Part shown: positions 1 to 16,925 of the stretch, in pieces | Layout: the number at the start of each line of letters is the position of its first letter | Position numbering within the stretch: position 1 is the stretch's first letter | Origin: Eledone cirrhosa | Taxonomy: Eukaryota | Direction: 5' to 3' | Length of the DNA stretch: 64,000 bases | Assembly (NCBI GenBank): GCA_964016885.1 | Contig: OZ024743.1 | Location: 66,712,001 to 66,776,000 of the forward strand | Notes under the pieces: generated by a model | Database searches by the model: none | What the model was told of the DNA's origin: nothing | What the model saw: the letters and a program-made list of their open reading frames with translations, nothing else | Program-made: the position numbers and the translations under genes

Positions 1-3000
1 ACCACCACTACCACCACCATTACCAACACTAACGCCGCTACCCTACCACCACTACCACCACCATTACCAACACTAGCGCCAATACCCTACCACCACTACC
101 ACCACCATTACCAACACTAACGCCGCTACCCTACCACCACTACCACCACCATTACCAACACTAACGCCGCTACCCTACCACCACTAACACCACCATTACC
201 AACACTAGCGCCAATACCCTACCACCACTACCACCACCATTACCAACACTAACGCCGCTACCCTACCACCACTAACACCACCATTACCAACACTAGCGCC
301 AATACCCTACCACCACTACCACCACCATTACCAACACTAGCGCCAATACCCTACCACCACTACCACCACCATTAGCAACACTAACGCCGCTACCCTACCA
401 CCACTACCACCACCATTACCAACACTAGCGCCGCCACCCTACCACCACTAACACCACCATTACCAACACTAGCGCCAATACCCTACCACCACTAACACCA
501 CCATTACCAACACTAGCGCCGCTACCCTACCACCACTACCACCACCATTACCAACACTAACGCCGCTACCCTACCACCACTAACACCACCATTACCAACA
601 CTAACGCCGCTACCCTACCACCACTACCACCACCATTACCAACACTAGCGCCGCTACCCTACCACCACCCTACCACCACAAACACCACCATTACCAACAC
701 TTGAGCCGCCACCCTACCACCACTAACACCACCATTACCAACACTAGAGCCGCCACCCTACCACCACTAACACCACCATTACCAACACTAACGCCGCTAC
801 CCTACCACCACTAACACCACCATTACCAACACTAGCGCCAATACCCTACCACCGCTACCACCACCATCACCAACACTAGCGCCAATACCCTACCACCACT
901 ATCACCACCATCACCAACACTAGCGCCAATACACTACCACCACTACCACCACCATCACCAACACTAGCGCCAATACCCGACCACCACTACTACCATCATT
1001 ACCAACACTAGCGCCGCCACCCTACCACCAGTAACACCACCATTACCAACACTAGCGCCAATACCCTACCACCACTACCACCACCATTACAAACAAATGC
1101 GCCAATACCCTACCACCACTAACACCACCATCATAACCACTAGCGCCAATACCCTACCACCACTAACACCACCATTACCAACACTAGCGCCAATACCCTA
1201 CCACCACTAACACCACCATCATAACCACTAGCGCCGCTACCCTACCACCACTAACACCACCTTTACCAACACTAGCGCGAATACCCTACCACCACTAACA
1301 CCACCATCATAACCACTAGCGCCGCTACCCTACCACCACTAACACCACCATTACCAACACTAACGCCAATACCCTACCACCACTACCACCACCATTACCA
1401 ACACTATAGCCAATACCCTACCACCACTACCACCACCATCACCACCACTAGCGCCGCCACCCTACCACCACTAACACCACCATCACCAACACTAGCGCCA
1501 ATACCCTACCACCACTAACACCACCATTACCAACACTTGTGCCAATAACCTACCACCACTAACACCACCATTACCAACACTTGTGCCAATAACCTACCAC
1601 CACTAACACCACCATCACCACCACTAGCGCCGCTACCCTACCACCACTACCACCACCATTACCAACAATAGCGCCAATACCCTACCACCACTACCACCAC
1701 CATTACCAACACTAGCGCCAATACCATACCACCACTGCCACCACCATTACCAACACTAGCGCCGCCACCCTACCACCACTAACACCACCATTACCAACAC
1801 TAGCGCCAATACCCTACCACCACTAACAGCACCATTATTAACACTAGCACCAATACCCTACCACCACTAACTCCACCATTACCAACACTAGCGCCAATAC
1901 CCTACCACTACTACCACCACCATTATTAACACTAGCGCCAATACCCTACCACCACTACCAACCCCATTCCCAACACTAGCGCCAATACCCTACCACCACT
2001 ACCACCACCATTACCAACAAATGCGCCAATACCCTACCACCACCAGTACCAACACTAGCGCCAATACCCTACCACCACTACCACCACCATTACCAACACT
2101 AGCGCCGCTACCCTACCACCACTAACACCACCATTACCAACACTTGCGCCAATACCCTACCACCACTAACACCACCATTACCAACACTAGCGCCAATACC
2201 CTACCACCACTGACACCACCATTACCAACACTAGCGCCAATACCCTACCACAACTAACACCACCATTACCAACACTAGCGCCGCTACCCTACCACCACTA
2301 ACACCACCATTACCAACACTAGCGCCGCTACCCTACCACCACTAACACCACCATTACCAACACTAGCGCCAATACCCTACCACAACTAACACCACCATTA
2401 CCAACACTAGCGCCAATACCCTACCACCACTAACACCACCATTACCAACACTAGCGCCAATACCCTACCACCACTGACACCACCATTACCAACACTAGCG
2501 CCGCTACCCTACCACCACTAACACCACCATCATAACCACTAGCGCCGCTACCCTACCACCACTAACACCACCATTACCAAAACTAGCGCCAATACCCTAC
2601 CACCACTAACACCACCATTACCAACACTAGCGCCAATACCCTACCACCACTAACACCACCATCATAACCACTAGCGCCGCTACCCTACCACCACAAACAC
2701 CACCATTACCAACACTAGCGCCAATACCCTACCACCACTAACACCACCATTACCAACACTAGCGCCAATACCCTACCACCACTACCACCACCATTACCAA
2801 CACTAGCGCCAATACCCTACCACCACTAACACCACCATTACCAACACTAGCGCGAATACCCTACCACCACTAACACCACCATCATAACCACTAGCGCCGC
2901 TACCCTACCACCACTACCACCACCATTACCAACACTAACGACGCTACCCTACCACCACTACCACCACCATTACCAACACTAGCGCCAATACCCTACCACC

Positions 3001-6000
3001 ACTACCACCACCATTACCAACACTAACGCCAATACCCTACCACCACTACCACCACCATTACCAACACTAGCGCCAATACCCTACCACCACTACCACCACC
3101 ATTACCAACACTAACGCCAATACCCTACCACCACTACCACCACCATTACCAACACTAGCGCCAATACCCTACCACCACTAACACCACCATTACCAACACT
3201 AGCGCCGCTACCCTACCACCACTAACACCACCATTACCAACACTAACGCCGCTACCCTACGACCACTAACACCACCATTACCAACACTAACGCCGCTACC
3301 CTACCACCACTACCACCACCATTACCAACACTAGCGCCGCTACCCTACCACCACCCTACCACCACTAACACCACCATTACCAACACTAGCGCCAATACCC
3401 TACCACCACTAACACCACCAATACCAACACTAGCGCCAATACCCTACCACCACTACCACCACCATTACCAACACTAGCGCCAATACCCTACCACCACTAA
3501 CACCGCCATTACCAACACTAGCGCCAATACCCTACCACCACTACCACCACCATTACCAACACTAGCGCCAATACCCTACCACCACTAACACCACCATTAC
3601 CAACACTAGCGCCGCTATCCTACCACCACTAACACCACCATTACCAACACTAGCGCCAATACCCTACCACCACTACCACCACCATTACCAACACTAACGC
3701 CAATACCCTACCACCACTACCACCACCATTACCAACACTAGCGCCAATACCCTACCACCACTACCACCACCATTACCAACACTAGCGCCAATACCCTACC
3801 ACCACTAACACCACCATTACCAACACTAGCGCCGCTACCCTACCACCACTAACACCACCATTACCAACACTAACGCCGCTACCCTACCATCACTACCACC
3901 ACCTTTACCAACACTAGCGCCAATACCCTACCACCACTAACACCACCATCATAACCACTAGCGCCGCTACCCTACCACCACTACCACCACCATTACCAAC
4001 ACTAGCGCGAATACCCTACCACCACTAACACCACCATCATAACCACTAGCGCCGCTACCCTACCACCACTACCACCACCATTACCAACACTAGCGCCAAT
4101 ACCCTACCACCACTAACACCACCATTACCAACACTAGCGCCGCTACCCTACCACCACTACCACCACCATTACCAACACTAGCGCCAATACCCTACCACCA
4201 CTAACACCACCATCATAACCACTAGCGCCGCTACCCTACCACCACTACCACCACCATTACCAACACTAGCGCCAATACCCTACCACCACTAACACCACCA
4301 TCACCAACACTAGCGCCAATACCCTACCACCACTACCACCACCATTACCAACACTAGCGCCAATACCCTACCACCACTAACACCACCATTACGAACACTA
4401 GCGCCAATACCATACCACCACTGCCACCACCATTACCAACACTAGCGCCGCCACCCTACCACCGCTAATACCACCATTACCAACACAAGCGCCAATACCC
4501 TACCACCACTACCACCACCATTACCAACACTAGCGCCAATACCCTACCACCACTAACACCACCATTACCAACACTAGCGCCGCTACCCTACCACCACTAA
4601 CACCACCATTACCAACACTTGCGCTAATACCCTACCACCACTACCACCACCATTACCAACACTAGCGCCGCTACCCTACCACCACTACCAACACCATTAC
4701 CAACACTTGCGCCAATACCCTACCACCACTACCACCACCATTACCAACACTTGCGCCAATACCCTACCACCACTACCACCACCATTACCAACACTAGCGC
4801 CGCTACCCTACCACCACTAACACCACCATTACCAACACTAGCGCCAATACCCTACCATCACTACCACCACCATTACCAACACTAGCGCCAATATCCTACC
4901 ACCACTACCACCACCATTACCAACACTTGCGCCAATACCCTACCACCACTACCACCACTATTACCAACACTAGCGCCAATACCCTACCACCACTACCACC
5001 ACCATTACCAACACTTGCGCCAATACCCTACCACCACTACCACCACCATTACCAACACTAGCGCCGCTACCCTACCACCACTAACACCACCATTACCAAC
5101 ACTAGCGCCGCTACCCTACCACCACTAACACCACCATTACCAACACTAGCGCCGCTACCCTACCACCACTAACACCACCATTACCAACACTAGCGCCGCT
5201 ACCCTACCACCACTAACACCACCATTACCAACACTAGCGCCAATACCCTACCACCACTACCACCACCATTACCAACACTTGCGCCAATACCCTACCACCA
5301 CTACCACCACCATTACCAACACTAGCGCCAATACCCTACCACCACTACCACCACCATTACCAACACTTGCGCCAATACCCTACCACCACTACCACCACCA
5401 TTACCAACACTAGCGCCGCTACCCTACCACCACTAACACCACCATTACCAACACTAGCGCCGCTACCCTACCACCACTAACACCACCATTACCAACACTA
5501 GCGCCAATACCCTACCACCACTACCACCACCATTACCAACACTAGCGCCGCTACCCTACCACCACTAACACCACCATTACCAACACTAGCGCCGCTACCC
5601 TACCACCACTAACACCACCATTACCAACACTAGCGCCGCTACCCTACCACCACTAACACCACCATTACCAACACTAGCGCCGCTACCCTACCACCACTAA
5701 CACCACCATTACCAACACTAGCGCCAATACCCTACCACCACTACCACCACCATTACCAACACTTGCGCCAATACCCTACCACCACTACCACCACCATTAC
5801 CAACACTAGCGCCAATACCCTACCACCACTACCACCACCATTACCAACACTTGCGCCAATACCCTACCACCACTACCACCACCATTACCAACACTAGCGC
5901 CGCTACCCTACCACCACTAACACCACCATTACCAACACTAGCGCCGCTACCCTACCACCACTAACACCACCATTACCAACACTAGCGCCAATACCCTACC

Positions 6001-9000
6001 ACCACTACCACCACCATTACCAACACTAGCGCCGCTACCCTACCACCACTAACACCACCATTACCAACACTAGCGCCAATACCCTACCACCACTACCACC
6101 ACCATTACCAACACTTGCGCCAATACCCTACCACCACTACCACCACCATTACCAACACTAGCGCCGCTACCCTACCACCACTAACACCACCATTACCAAC
6201 ACTAGCGCCAATACCCTACCACCACCATTACCAACACTACCGCCAATACCCTACCACCACTACCACCACCATTACCAACACTAGCGCCAATACCCTACCA
6301 CCACTACTACCATCATTACCAACACTAGCGCCGCCACCCTACCACCAGTAACACCACCATTACCAAAACTAGCGCCAATACCCTACCACCACTAACACCA
6401 CCATTACCAACACTAGCGCCAATACCCTACCACCACTACCACCACCATTACCAACACTAGCGCCAATACCCTACCACCAGTAACACCACAATTACCAACA
6501 CTAGCGCCAATACCCTACCACCACTAACACCACCATTACCAACACTAGCGCCAATACCCTACCACCACTACCACCACCATTACCAACACTAGCGCCAATA
6601 CCCTACCACCACTACCACCACCATTACCAACACTAGCGCCAATACCCTACCACCACTACCACCACCATTACCAACACTAGCGCCGCCACCCTACCACCAG
6701 TAACACCACCATTACCAAAACTAGCGCCAATACCCTACCACCACTAACACCACCATTACCAACACTAGCGCCAATACCCTACCACCACTACTACCATCAT
6801 TACCAACACTAGCGCCGCCACCCTACCACCAGTAACACCACCATTACCAAAACTAGCGCCAATACCCTACCACAACTAACACCACCATTACCAACACTAG
6901 CGCCGCTACCCTACCACCACTAACACCACCATTACTAAAACTAGCGCCAATACCCTAGCACCACTAACACCACCATTACCAACACTAGCGCCAATACCCT
7001 ACCACCACTAACACCACCATTACCAAAACTAGCGCCAATACCCTACCACCACTAACACCACCATTACCAACACTAGCGCCGCTACCCTACCACCACTAAC
7101 ACCACCATTACCAACACTAGCGCCAATACCCTACCACCACTACTACCATCATTACCAACACTAGCGCCGCCACCCTACCACCAGTAACACCACCATTACC
7201 AAAACTAGCGCCAATACCCTACCACCACTAACACCACCATTACCAACACTAGCGCCACCACCGTACCACCACTATCACCACCATTACCAAAACTAGCGCC
7301 GCTACCCTACCACCACTACCACCACCATTACCAACACTAGCGCCAATACCCTACCACCACTAACACCACCATTTCCAACACTAGCGCCAATACCCTACCA
7401 CCACTAACACCACCATTACCAACACTAGCGCCAATACCCTACCACCACTACCACCACCATTACCAACTCTAGCGCCGCCACCCTACCACCACTAACAACA
7501 CCATCACCACCACTAGCGCCAATACCCTACCACCACTACCACCACCATTACCAACACTAGAGCCGCCACCCTACCACCACTAACACCACCATTACCAACA
7601 CTAGCGCCAATACCCTACCACCACTACCACCACCATTACCAACACTAGCGCCGCTACCCTACCACCACTACCACCATCATTACCAACACTAGCGCCGCCA
7701 CCCTACCACCAGTAACACCACCATTCCCAACACTAGCGCCAATACCCTACCACCGCTACCACCACCATTACCAACACTAGCGCCAATACCCTCCCATCAC
7801 TACCACCACCATTACCAACACTAGCGCCAATACCCTACCACCACTAACACCACCATTGCCAACACTACCGCCAATACCCTACCACGACTAACACCACCAT
7901 TACCAACACCAGCGCCAATACCCTACCACCACTACCACCACCATCATAACCACTAGCGCCGCTACCCTACCACCACTACCACCACCATTACCAACACTAG
8001 CGCCGCTACCCTACCACCACTACCACCAACATTACCAACACTAGCGCCGCCACCCTACCACCACTAACACCACCATTACCAACACTAGCGCCAATACCCT
8101 GCCACCACTACCACCACCATTACCAACACTAGCGCCGCTACCCTACCACCAATACCACCACCATTACCAACACTAGCGCCAATACCCTACCACCACTAAC
8201 ACCACCATTACCAACACTAGCGCCAATACCCTGCCACCACTACCACCACCATTACCAACACTAGCGCCGCTACCCTACCACCACTACCACCACCATTACC
8301 AACACTAGCGCCAATACCCTACCACCACTAACACCACCATTACCAACACTAGCGCCAATACCCTGCCACCACTACCACCACCATTACCAACACTAGCGCT
8401 AATACCCTACCACCACTACCACCACCATTACCAACACCAGCGCTAATACCCTACCACCACTACCACAACCATTACCAACTCTAGCGCCGCCACCCTACCA
8501 CCACTAACACCACCATTACCAACACTTGCGCCAATACCCTACCACCACTACCACCACCATCACCAACACTAGCGCCAATACCCTACCACCACTACCACCA
8601 CCATCACCAACACTAGCGCCAATACCCTACCACCACTACCACCACCATCACCAACACTAGCGCCAATACCCTACCACCATTACCACCACCATCACCAACA
8701 CTAGCGCCAATACCCTACCACCACTACTACCATCATTACCAACACTAGCGCCGCCACCCTACCACCAGTAACACCACCATCACCAACACAAGCGCCAATA
8801 ACCTACCACCACTAACACCACCATTACCAACACTAGCGCCAATACCCTACCACGACTACCACCACCATTACCAACACTAGCGCCAATACCCTACCACCAC
8901 TACCACCACCATTACGAACACTAGCGCCAATACCCTACCACCACTGCCACCACCATTACCAACACTAGCGCCAATACCCTACCACCACTACCACCACCAT

Positions 9001-12000
9001 TACCAACACTAGCGCCGCTACCCTACCACCACTACCACCACCATTACGAACACTAGCGCCAATACCCTACCACCACTGCCACCACCATTACCAACACTAG
9101 CGCCACCACCGTACCACCACTAACACCACCATTACCAACACTAGCGCCGCCACCCTACCACCACTAACACCACCATTACCAACACTAGCGCCAATACCCT
9201 ACCACCACTACCACCACCATTACCAACACTTGCGCCAATACCCTACCACCACTACCACCACCATTACCAACACTAGCGCCAATACCCTACCACCACTACC
9301 ACCATTATACCAACACTAGCGCCAATACCCTACCACCACTACCACCACCATTACCAACACTAGCGCCAATACCCTACCACCACTACCACCACCATTACCA
9401 ACACTAGCGCCAATACCCTACCACCACTACCACCACCATTACCAACACTAGCGCCGCTACCCTACCACCAATACCACCACCATTACCAACACTAGCGCCG
9501 CTACCCTACCACCACTAACACCACCATTACCAACACTAGCGCCAATACCCTACCACCACTACCACCATTATACCAACACTAGCGCCAATACCCTTCCACC
9601 ACTAACACCACCATTACCAACACTAGCGCCAATACCCTTCCACCACTAACACCACCATTACCAACACTAGCGCCAATACCCTACCACCACTAACACCACC
9701 ATTACCAACACTAGCGCCAATACCCTACCACCACTAACAACACCATTACCAACACTAGCGCCAATACCCTACCACCACTAACAACACCATTACCAACACT
9801 AGCGCCAATACCCTACCACCACTACCACCACCATTACCAACACTAGCGCCAATACCCTACCACCACTAACACCACCATTACCAACACTAGCGCCAATACC
9901 CTACCACCACTAACACCACCATTACCAACACTAGCGCCAATACCCTACCACCACTAACAACACCATTACCAACACTTGCGCCAATACCCTACCACCACTA
10001 ACACCACCATTACCAACTCTAGCGCCAATACCCTACCATCACTAACACCACCATTACCAATACTAGCGCCAACACCCTACCACCACTAACACCACCATTA
10101 CCAACACTTGCGCCAATACCCTACCACCACTAACACCACCATTACCAATACTAGCGCCAATACCCTACCACCACTAACACCACCATTACCAACAAATGCG
10201 CCAATACCCTACCATCACTACCACCACCATTACCAACACTAGCGCCAATACCCTACCACCACTAACACCACCATTACCAACACTAGCGCCAATACCCTAC
10301 CACCATTACCACCACCATTACCAACACTAGAGCCGCCACCCTACCACCACTAACACCACCATTACCAACACTAGCGCCAATACCCTACCACCACTACCAC
10401 CACCATCACCAACTCTAGCGCCAATACCCTACCACCACTACCACCACCATTACCAACACTAGAGCCGCCACCCTACCACCACTACCACCACCATCACCAA
10501 CTCTAGCGCCGCCACCCTACCACCACTACCACCACCATCACCAACTCTAGCGCCAATACCCTACCACCACTAACACCACCATTACCAACACTAGCGCCGC
10601 CACCCTACCACCAGTAACACCACCATTACCAACACTACCGCCAATACCTTACCACCACTAACAGCACCATTATTAACACTAGCACCAATACCCTACCACC
10701 ACTAACACCACCATTACCAACACTAGCGCCAATACCCTACCACCACTACCACCACCATCACCAACTCTAGCGCCAATACCCTACCACCACTAACACCACC
10801 ATTACCAACACTAGCGCCGCCACCCTACCACCAGTAACACCACCATTACCAACACTACCGCCAATACCTTACCACCACTAACAGCACCATTATTAACACT
10901 AGCACCAATACCCTACCACCACTAACACCACCATTACCAACACTAGCGCCGCCACCCTACCACCACTAACACCACCATCATAACTACTAGCGCCAATACC
11001 CTACCACCACTAACACCACCATTACCAACACTAGCGCCGCCACCCTACCACCACTAACACCACCATCATAACCACTAGCGCCAATACCCTACCACCACTA
11101 ACACCACCATTACCAACACTAGCGCCGCCACCCTACCACCACTACCACCACCATCATAACCACTAGCGCCGCTACCCTACCACCACTACCACCACCATTA
11201 CCAACACCAGCGCCAATACCCTACCATCACTACCACCACCATCACCACCACTAGCGCCAATACCCTACCACCACTACCACCACCATTACCAACACCAGCG
11301 CCAATACCCTACCACCACTACCACCACCATTACCAACACTAGCGCCAATACCCTACCACCACTACCACCACCATTACCAACACTAGCGCCAATACCCTAC
11401 CACCACTAACACCACCATTACCAACACTAGCGCCGCTACCCTACCACCACTAACACCACCACTACCAACATAGCGCCGCCACCCTACCACCACTACCACC
11501 ACCATCACCAACACTAGCGCCAATACCCTACCACCACTAACACCACCATTACCAACATAGCGCCGCCACCCTACCACCACTACCACCACCATCAGCAACA
11601 CTAGCGCCAATACCCTACCACCACCATTACCAACACTAGCGCCAATACCCTACCACCACTAACACCACCATTACCAACATAGCGCCGCCACCCTACCACC
11701 ACTACCACCACCATCACCAACACTAGCGCCAATACCCTACCACCACTACCACCACCATCAGCAACACTAGCGCCAATACCCTACCACCACCATTACCAAC
11801 ACTAGCGCCAATACCCTACCACCACTAACACCACCATCAGCAACACTAGCGCCAATACCCTACCACCACTACTACCACCATTACCAACACTAGCGCCAAT
11901 ACCCTACCACCACTAACACCACCATCACCACCACTAGCGCCAATACCCTACCACCACTACCACCACCATTACCAACACCAGCGCCAATACCCTACCACCA

Positions 12001-13620
12001 CTACTACCACCATTACCAACACTAGCGCCAATACCCTACCACCACTAACACCACCATCACCACCACTAGCGCCAATACCCTACCACCACTACCACCATCA
12101 TTACCAACACCAGCGCCGCTACCCTACCACCACTACCACCACCATTACCAACACTAGCGCCGCTACCCTACCACCACTAACACCACCATCACCAACACTA
12201 GCGCCAATACCCTACCACCACTACTACCACCATTACCAACACTAGCGCCAATACCCTACCACCACTAACACCACCATCACCACCACTAGCGCCAATACCC
12301 TACCACCACTACCACCACCATTACCAACACCAGCGCCAATACCCTACCACCACTACCACCACCATTACCAACACTAGCGCCAATACCCTACCACCACTAC
12401 CACCACCATTACCAACACTAGCGCCAATACCCTACCACCACTAACACCACCATTACCAACACTAGCGCCGCTACCCTACCACCACTAACACCACCATTAC
12501 CAACATAGCGCCGCCACCCTACCACCACTACCACCACCATCACCAACACTAGCGCCAATACCCTACCACCACTAACACCACCATTACCAACATAGCGCCG
12601 CCACCCTACCACCACTACCACCACCATCAGCAACACTAGCGCCAATACCCTACCACCACCATTACCAACACTAGCGCCAATACCCTACCACCACTAACAC
12701 CACCATTACCAACATAGCGCCGCCACCCTACCACCACTACCACCACCATCACCAACACTAGCGCCAATACCCTACCACCACTAACACCACCATTACCAAC
12801 ACTAGCGCCGCTACCCTACCACCACTAACACCACCATTACCAACATAGCGCCGCCACCCTACCACCACTACCACCACCATCACCAACACTAGCGCCAATA
12901 CCCTACCACCACTAACACCACCATTACCAACATAGCGCCGCCACCCTACCACCACTACCACCACCATCAGCAACACTAGCGCCAATACCCTACCACCACC
13001 ATTACCAACACTAGCGCCAATACCCTACCACCACTAACACCACCATTACCAACATAGCGCCGCCACCCTACCACCACTACCACCACCATCACCAACACTA
13101 GCGCCAATACCCTACCACCACTACCACCACCATCAGCAACACTAGCGCCAATACCCTACCACCACCATTACCAACACTAGCGCCAATACCCTACCACCAC
13201 TAACACCACCATCAGCAACACTAGCGCCAATACCCTACCACCACTACCACCATCATTACCAACACCAGCGCCGCTACCCTACCACCACTACCACCACCAT
13301 TACCAACACTAGCGCCGCTACCCTACCACCAGTAACACCACCATCACCAACACTAGCGCCAATACCCTACCACCACTACTACCACCATTACCAACACTAG
13401 CGCCAATACCCTACCACCACTAACACCACCATTACCAACACCAGCGCCGCTACCCTACCACCACTAACACCACCATCACCAACACTAGCGCCAATACCCT
13501 ACCACCACTAACACCACCATCACCAACACTAGCGCCGCTACCCTACCACCACTAACACCACCATCACGAACACTAGCGCCAATACCCTACCACCACTAGC
13601 GCCACCATTACCAACAACAG
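1..13620. repeat. 44-bp C/A-rich tandem satellite, about 310 units, consensus CTAGCGCC(AAT/GCT)ACCCTACCACCACTA(C/A)CACCACCATTACCAACA
   Basis: CACTA(G/A)CGCC recurs at 71 and 115 (period 44) and throughout. It runs off the left edge and decays over about 13620-13765. Confidence 0.97.
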
Positions 13621-14079
13621 TACGACCATCCCCAACACCACCACCACCATTCCTAACACCAACACAACCAACACTATTACGTGCACATCACTACCACCAT
13701 AAAAACAACTCGACCAATATCCCCAACACCAACACAATCAGCACTATCTCCATCACCAACACAATTTCCTCTCTTTGCTCCAGGGAGTAAGTCCTTTCAA
13801 GCCCCTCCTAGTAGCTCAGCTTTTATTGAGACGATCACCTTGTTATAGCATCATTAGATTGCGCCAAGTTCTGTAAATCATTTCACATAATATGATGGCC
13901 ATAGTTATGAACAATAAAGCAAACGGCTGAAATTACATGTCCTCAACAGGACCAAAATGGCTTCTTGGTCTGTTGACTTGAATGATCTCAGCCGTCTGAA
14001 TATCCCTTCCATTTTGGTAGTGTGTATGTACATCTAGTGACTTATTGTTCATATCAATCCCCCAAGATTTTCTGTAGCT

Positions 14080-14370
14080 CGAAGATCAGAGAGTCACTTC
14101 TCCGCATCTAGAAATCACAGCTCCGGACATGGTTAGAATGTCTAAGGAAAGAATTGCAGGGCAGATTTTACTCTCGAAGCCAACCGGAAGGGATCCCAGA
14201 GCTAGACTACGAGCAAGATGGTTGAATAACATCCATACGTTCGGTTGGTTGTGTTTGGGGATCCAGCCGGATCATTTATAGATGGTTGCTTCTGATAGAT
14301 CCCTCTAGAATGTAGGCTTGCGGACTCTGCCTTAACCACCCACTTAGGAAGAAATTGGAGAAGAAGAGGT
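14080..14370 (+). mobile_element. RTE-clade LINE 3' fragment
   Basis: Clear similarity to the 3' end of the RTE copy at 54270-54515 (catggttagaatgt..ggaa.gaat.gc..g.cagatttta; gggatccagcc.gatca..ggttgcttctga). Confidence 0.7.
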
Positions 14371-14399
14371 ACCTCAGTAATTTTCTTCCAAATACCTGA

Positions 14400-14760
14400 T
14401 CAGTTACCCTCTGATAATTCGTTCAATGATTTTGAAGATATGTTAGCTCAGAGATTGGCCTGTAATTTTGAGCATCTGCTCTTCTCCATTCTTTATGGAC
14501 AAAGAATATTATAACTTCCTTTAATTTCTCGAAAAGTTTACCATTTTTAAGAAAGCATTTGAAGAAAAACTGCAGTAGATTTGCTAGATTTGCTAAAGCA
14601 TGTTTGCATATTATTAGGGGCGTTACTGGTAACCCGTTGGGGCATGCAGGTGAGTTTCTGCTCACATAATCTATAGCTGATATTACATATATGTAATTTG
14701 TGCCAATGTAGTTAATGGTTTCCATTTTTCTATGTTGTGTTGCAATGTCAAAAAACTAAT
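14400..14760 (-). pseudogene. Degenerate non-LTR (CR1/L2/Jockey-like) reverse transcriptase fragment
   Basis: ORF 14423-14725 contains VIIFFVHK..DAQNYRPISEL, matching the IPI.K.G...D..NYRPISL motif of LINE RTs. Confidence 0.55.
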
Positions 14761-15071
14761 CTTATTTGTCTGTGTCCCATCTGAGGGAGATTGAAAACAG
14801 TATAGAATTGCTCATTCAGTATTTCCCTTATTCGTTAGGTGTCTGCAGTTACTGAGCTATTTCCTGTAACATTGGTCCTTTCTTCTAATGTACTGAAACA
14901 GACTTAGTGCAAATTTTACCTTTTTTCTCTCATTTGAAAGTTGGTCGAATTTCCGACCACAAAACCGTTTGGTAATTCAAAAGATTAAGTGAAATTGTTA
15001 ATATAAAATATCCTCATATTCTACTTTCTGTGTTGAGTGTTCTTTTCTTACGTTTGTACAGACAGAAACAA

Positions 15072-15147
<76 letters not shown>

Positions 15148-15228
15148 ATACACATATATACATCCATACCTACATACGTACATACATACATATATGTATA
15201 CGCGTATATATATATATATATATATATA

Positions 15229-15345
15229 TAGGAACAAGTATGACCCCGACGGCAGAGCTCAAGCCGCTTCGACTCTACTACCCTAAGTATTGAGTACTTT
15301 GGTGCGTTATGGTCCATCTGGTTCCTTACCACACTTCCTTCGTTA
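15229..15345 (+). mobile_element. Miniature PLE insertion (family A): inverted HHR 3' piece plus 3' tail, in (TA)n
   Basis: 15231-15272 is the reverse complement of about 24524-24567. 15273-15345 matches tail 24574-24646. Confidence 0.85.
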
Positions 15346-15545
15346 TATATATATATATATATCATTTTTTATTTGTTTGACCCGAATTACTTGGTCGTTT
15401 CTATGGCTGTGCGGATAATGGTTTAACCATCGTCTCAGTGTGTTTGGCCTTTTAACTTATATTGTAGCTCTGGTTCGTTAGATTCTATTGAGCGCTTGCC
15501 ACACATCTCGGAATTAGCCGAAATACGATTCTCGCTAATTTATAT

Positions 15546-15678
<133 letters not shown>

Positions 15679-15887
15679 TTTGTACATATAAATCCGCATA
15701 TCTAACGAGATGTCGAAAAAGAGGCGGTTCCAAACATTTTGATTGTACCCTAAGCATATTACAATTGTAATATGCCAATTGAATTTGTACAAATACTGCA
15801 ACACTGACTTAATCTATTTACACTCTACATATTACAGCCACCTTAACTCTGGAATCCAATAAAAACACGCCCCACACACACACATAC

Positions 15888-15929
<42 letters not shown>

Positions 15930-15930
15930 T

Positions 15931-15987
<57 letters not shown>

Positions 15988-15998
<11 letters not shown>

Positions 15999-16748
15999 AC
16001 TTGGGGAGGGTCATATTGTTGTAATATTGCCAGACATAATAACAGAACACACTCACTGCCTGGTTGGTTTTCGCTTCTGTATCTTTTATATCTCCATCGT
16101 TAATAACAACCATACCCAAACAAACAATACTGACTTTAGGGAAATATAAATACATTAATATATATATATACACAAGTACAATAACAACAAACACATATAA
16201 ACACACACACTGGTGAACAAAAGTAGAAAACAAAAACGCATGCTTAAAAACACTGACATAAGGGAAATATAAATAAATAAATAAATAAATGTATACACAA
16301 GTATAATAACAACAAACACATATAAACGCACACTAGTGAACAAAGATAGAATACGAAAACTAAAACGCATACACTCAAACGCAAACACACTCACCAAACA
16401 TTATACACACTCACAAACGCAGAATCAGAGACAAGAATAAATAAATAAATAAATAATAATAAAAAAGGCGTAGACCTACAATACAATACAATAGGAGGAA
16501 ACATAATAGTACTACTGATGATGTTGCAGATGTGCAACGAAAGAACTTTGTTAGACTATAACGCTGGTAAATCAATGATAAACATTGATTATGAAATAGA
16601 TTAACTATGGAGATATAAAAGATACAGAAGCGAAAACCAACCAAACAGTGTGTTCTGTTATTAATTCTGGCAATATTATCACACAAATATGTATAACAAT
16701 ATTTGTTTCGACACACGATTTCATATCAACAACCTTTCAAAACAAATT
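15988..16748 (+). mobile_element. Non-coding PLE-type insertion (family B) with 5' inverted segment and HHR
   Basis: 15988-16100 is the reverse complement of about 16600-16700. TA flanks. Related copies at 27455-27663, 31567-31895 and 21195-21572. Confidence 0.75.
16505..16559 (+). ncRNA. Type I hammerhead ribozyme (family B)
   Basis: CTGATGA(16515) T GTTGCA-gatg-TGCAAC GAAA GAAC TT| then an interrupted stem I (atagt/actat). Confidence 0.65.
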
Positions 16749-16925
16749 CAAATATATATATATATATATATTTTTTTTTTTTAGTATATGTTGGTTGTAT
16801 ACCAACACCTCAGTATGCAGATTGGAGCACTCGACAAAGTGCGCTGGTTGGTTTGGTTACTCCGGAGTAATGTAAAATAAACTAAAATAAATAAGTCAAA
16901 TGTTTAAAATTTGGCTTCGTTTATT

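Noticed and set aside
6115-12985. Pro/Thr-rich and Val/Gly-rich ORFs resembling mucin or membrane peptides
   Set aside because: Translations of the 44-bp satellite. The unit is not a multiple of 3 and carries frequent stops.
1-13620. CRISPR-like or telomerase-made array
   Set aside because: No unique spacers, and it is not (TTAGGG)n.
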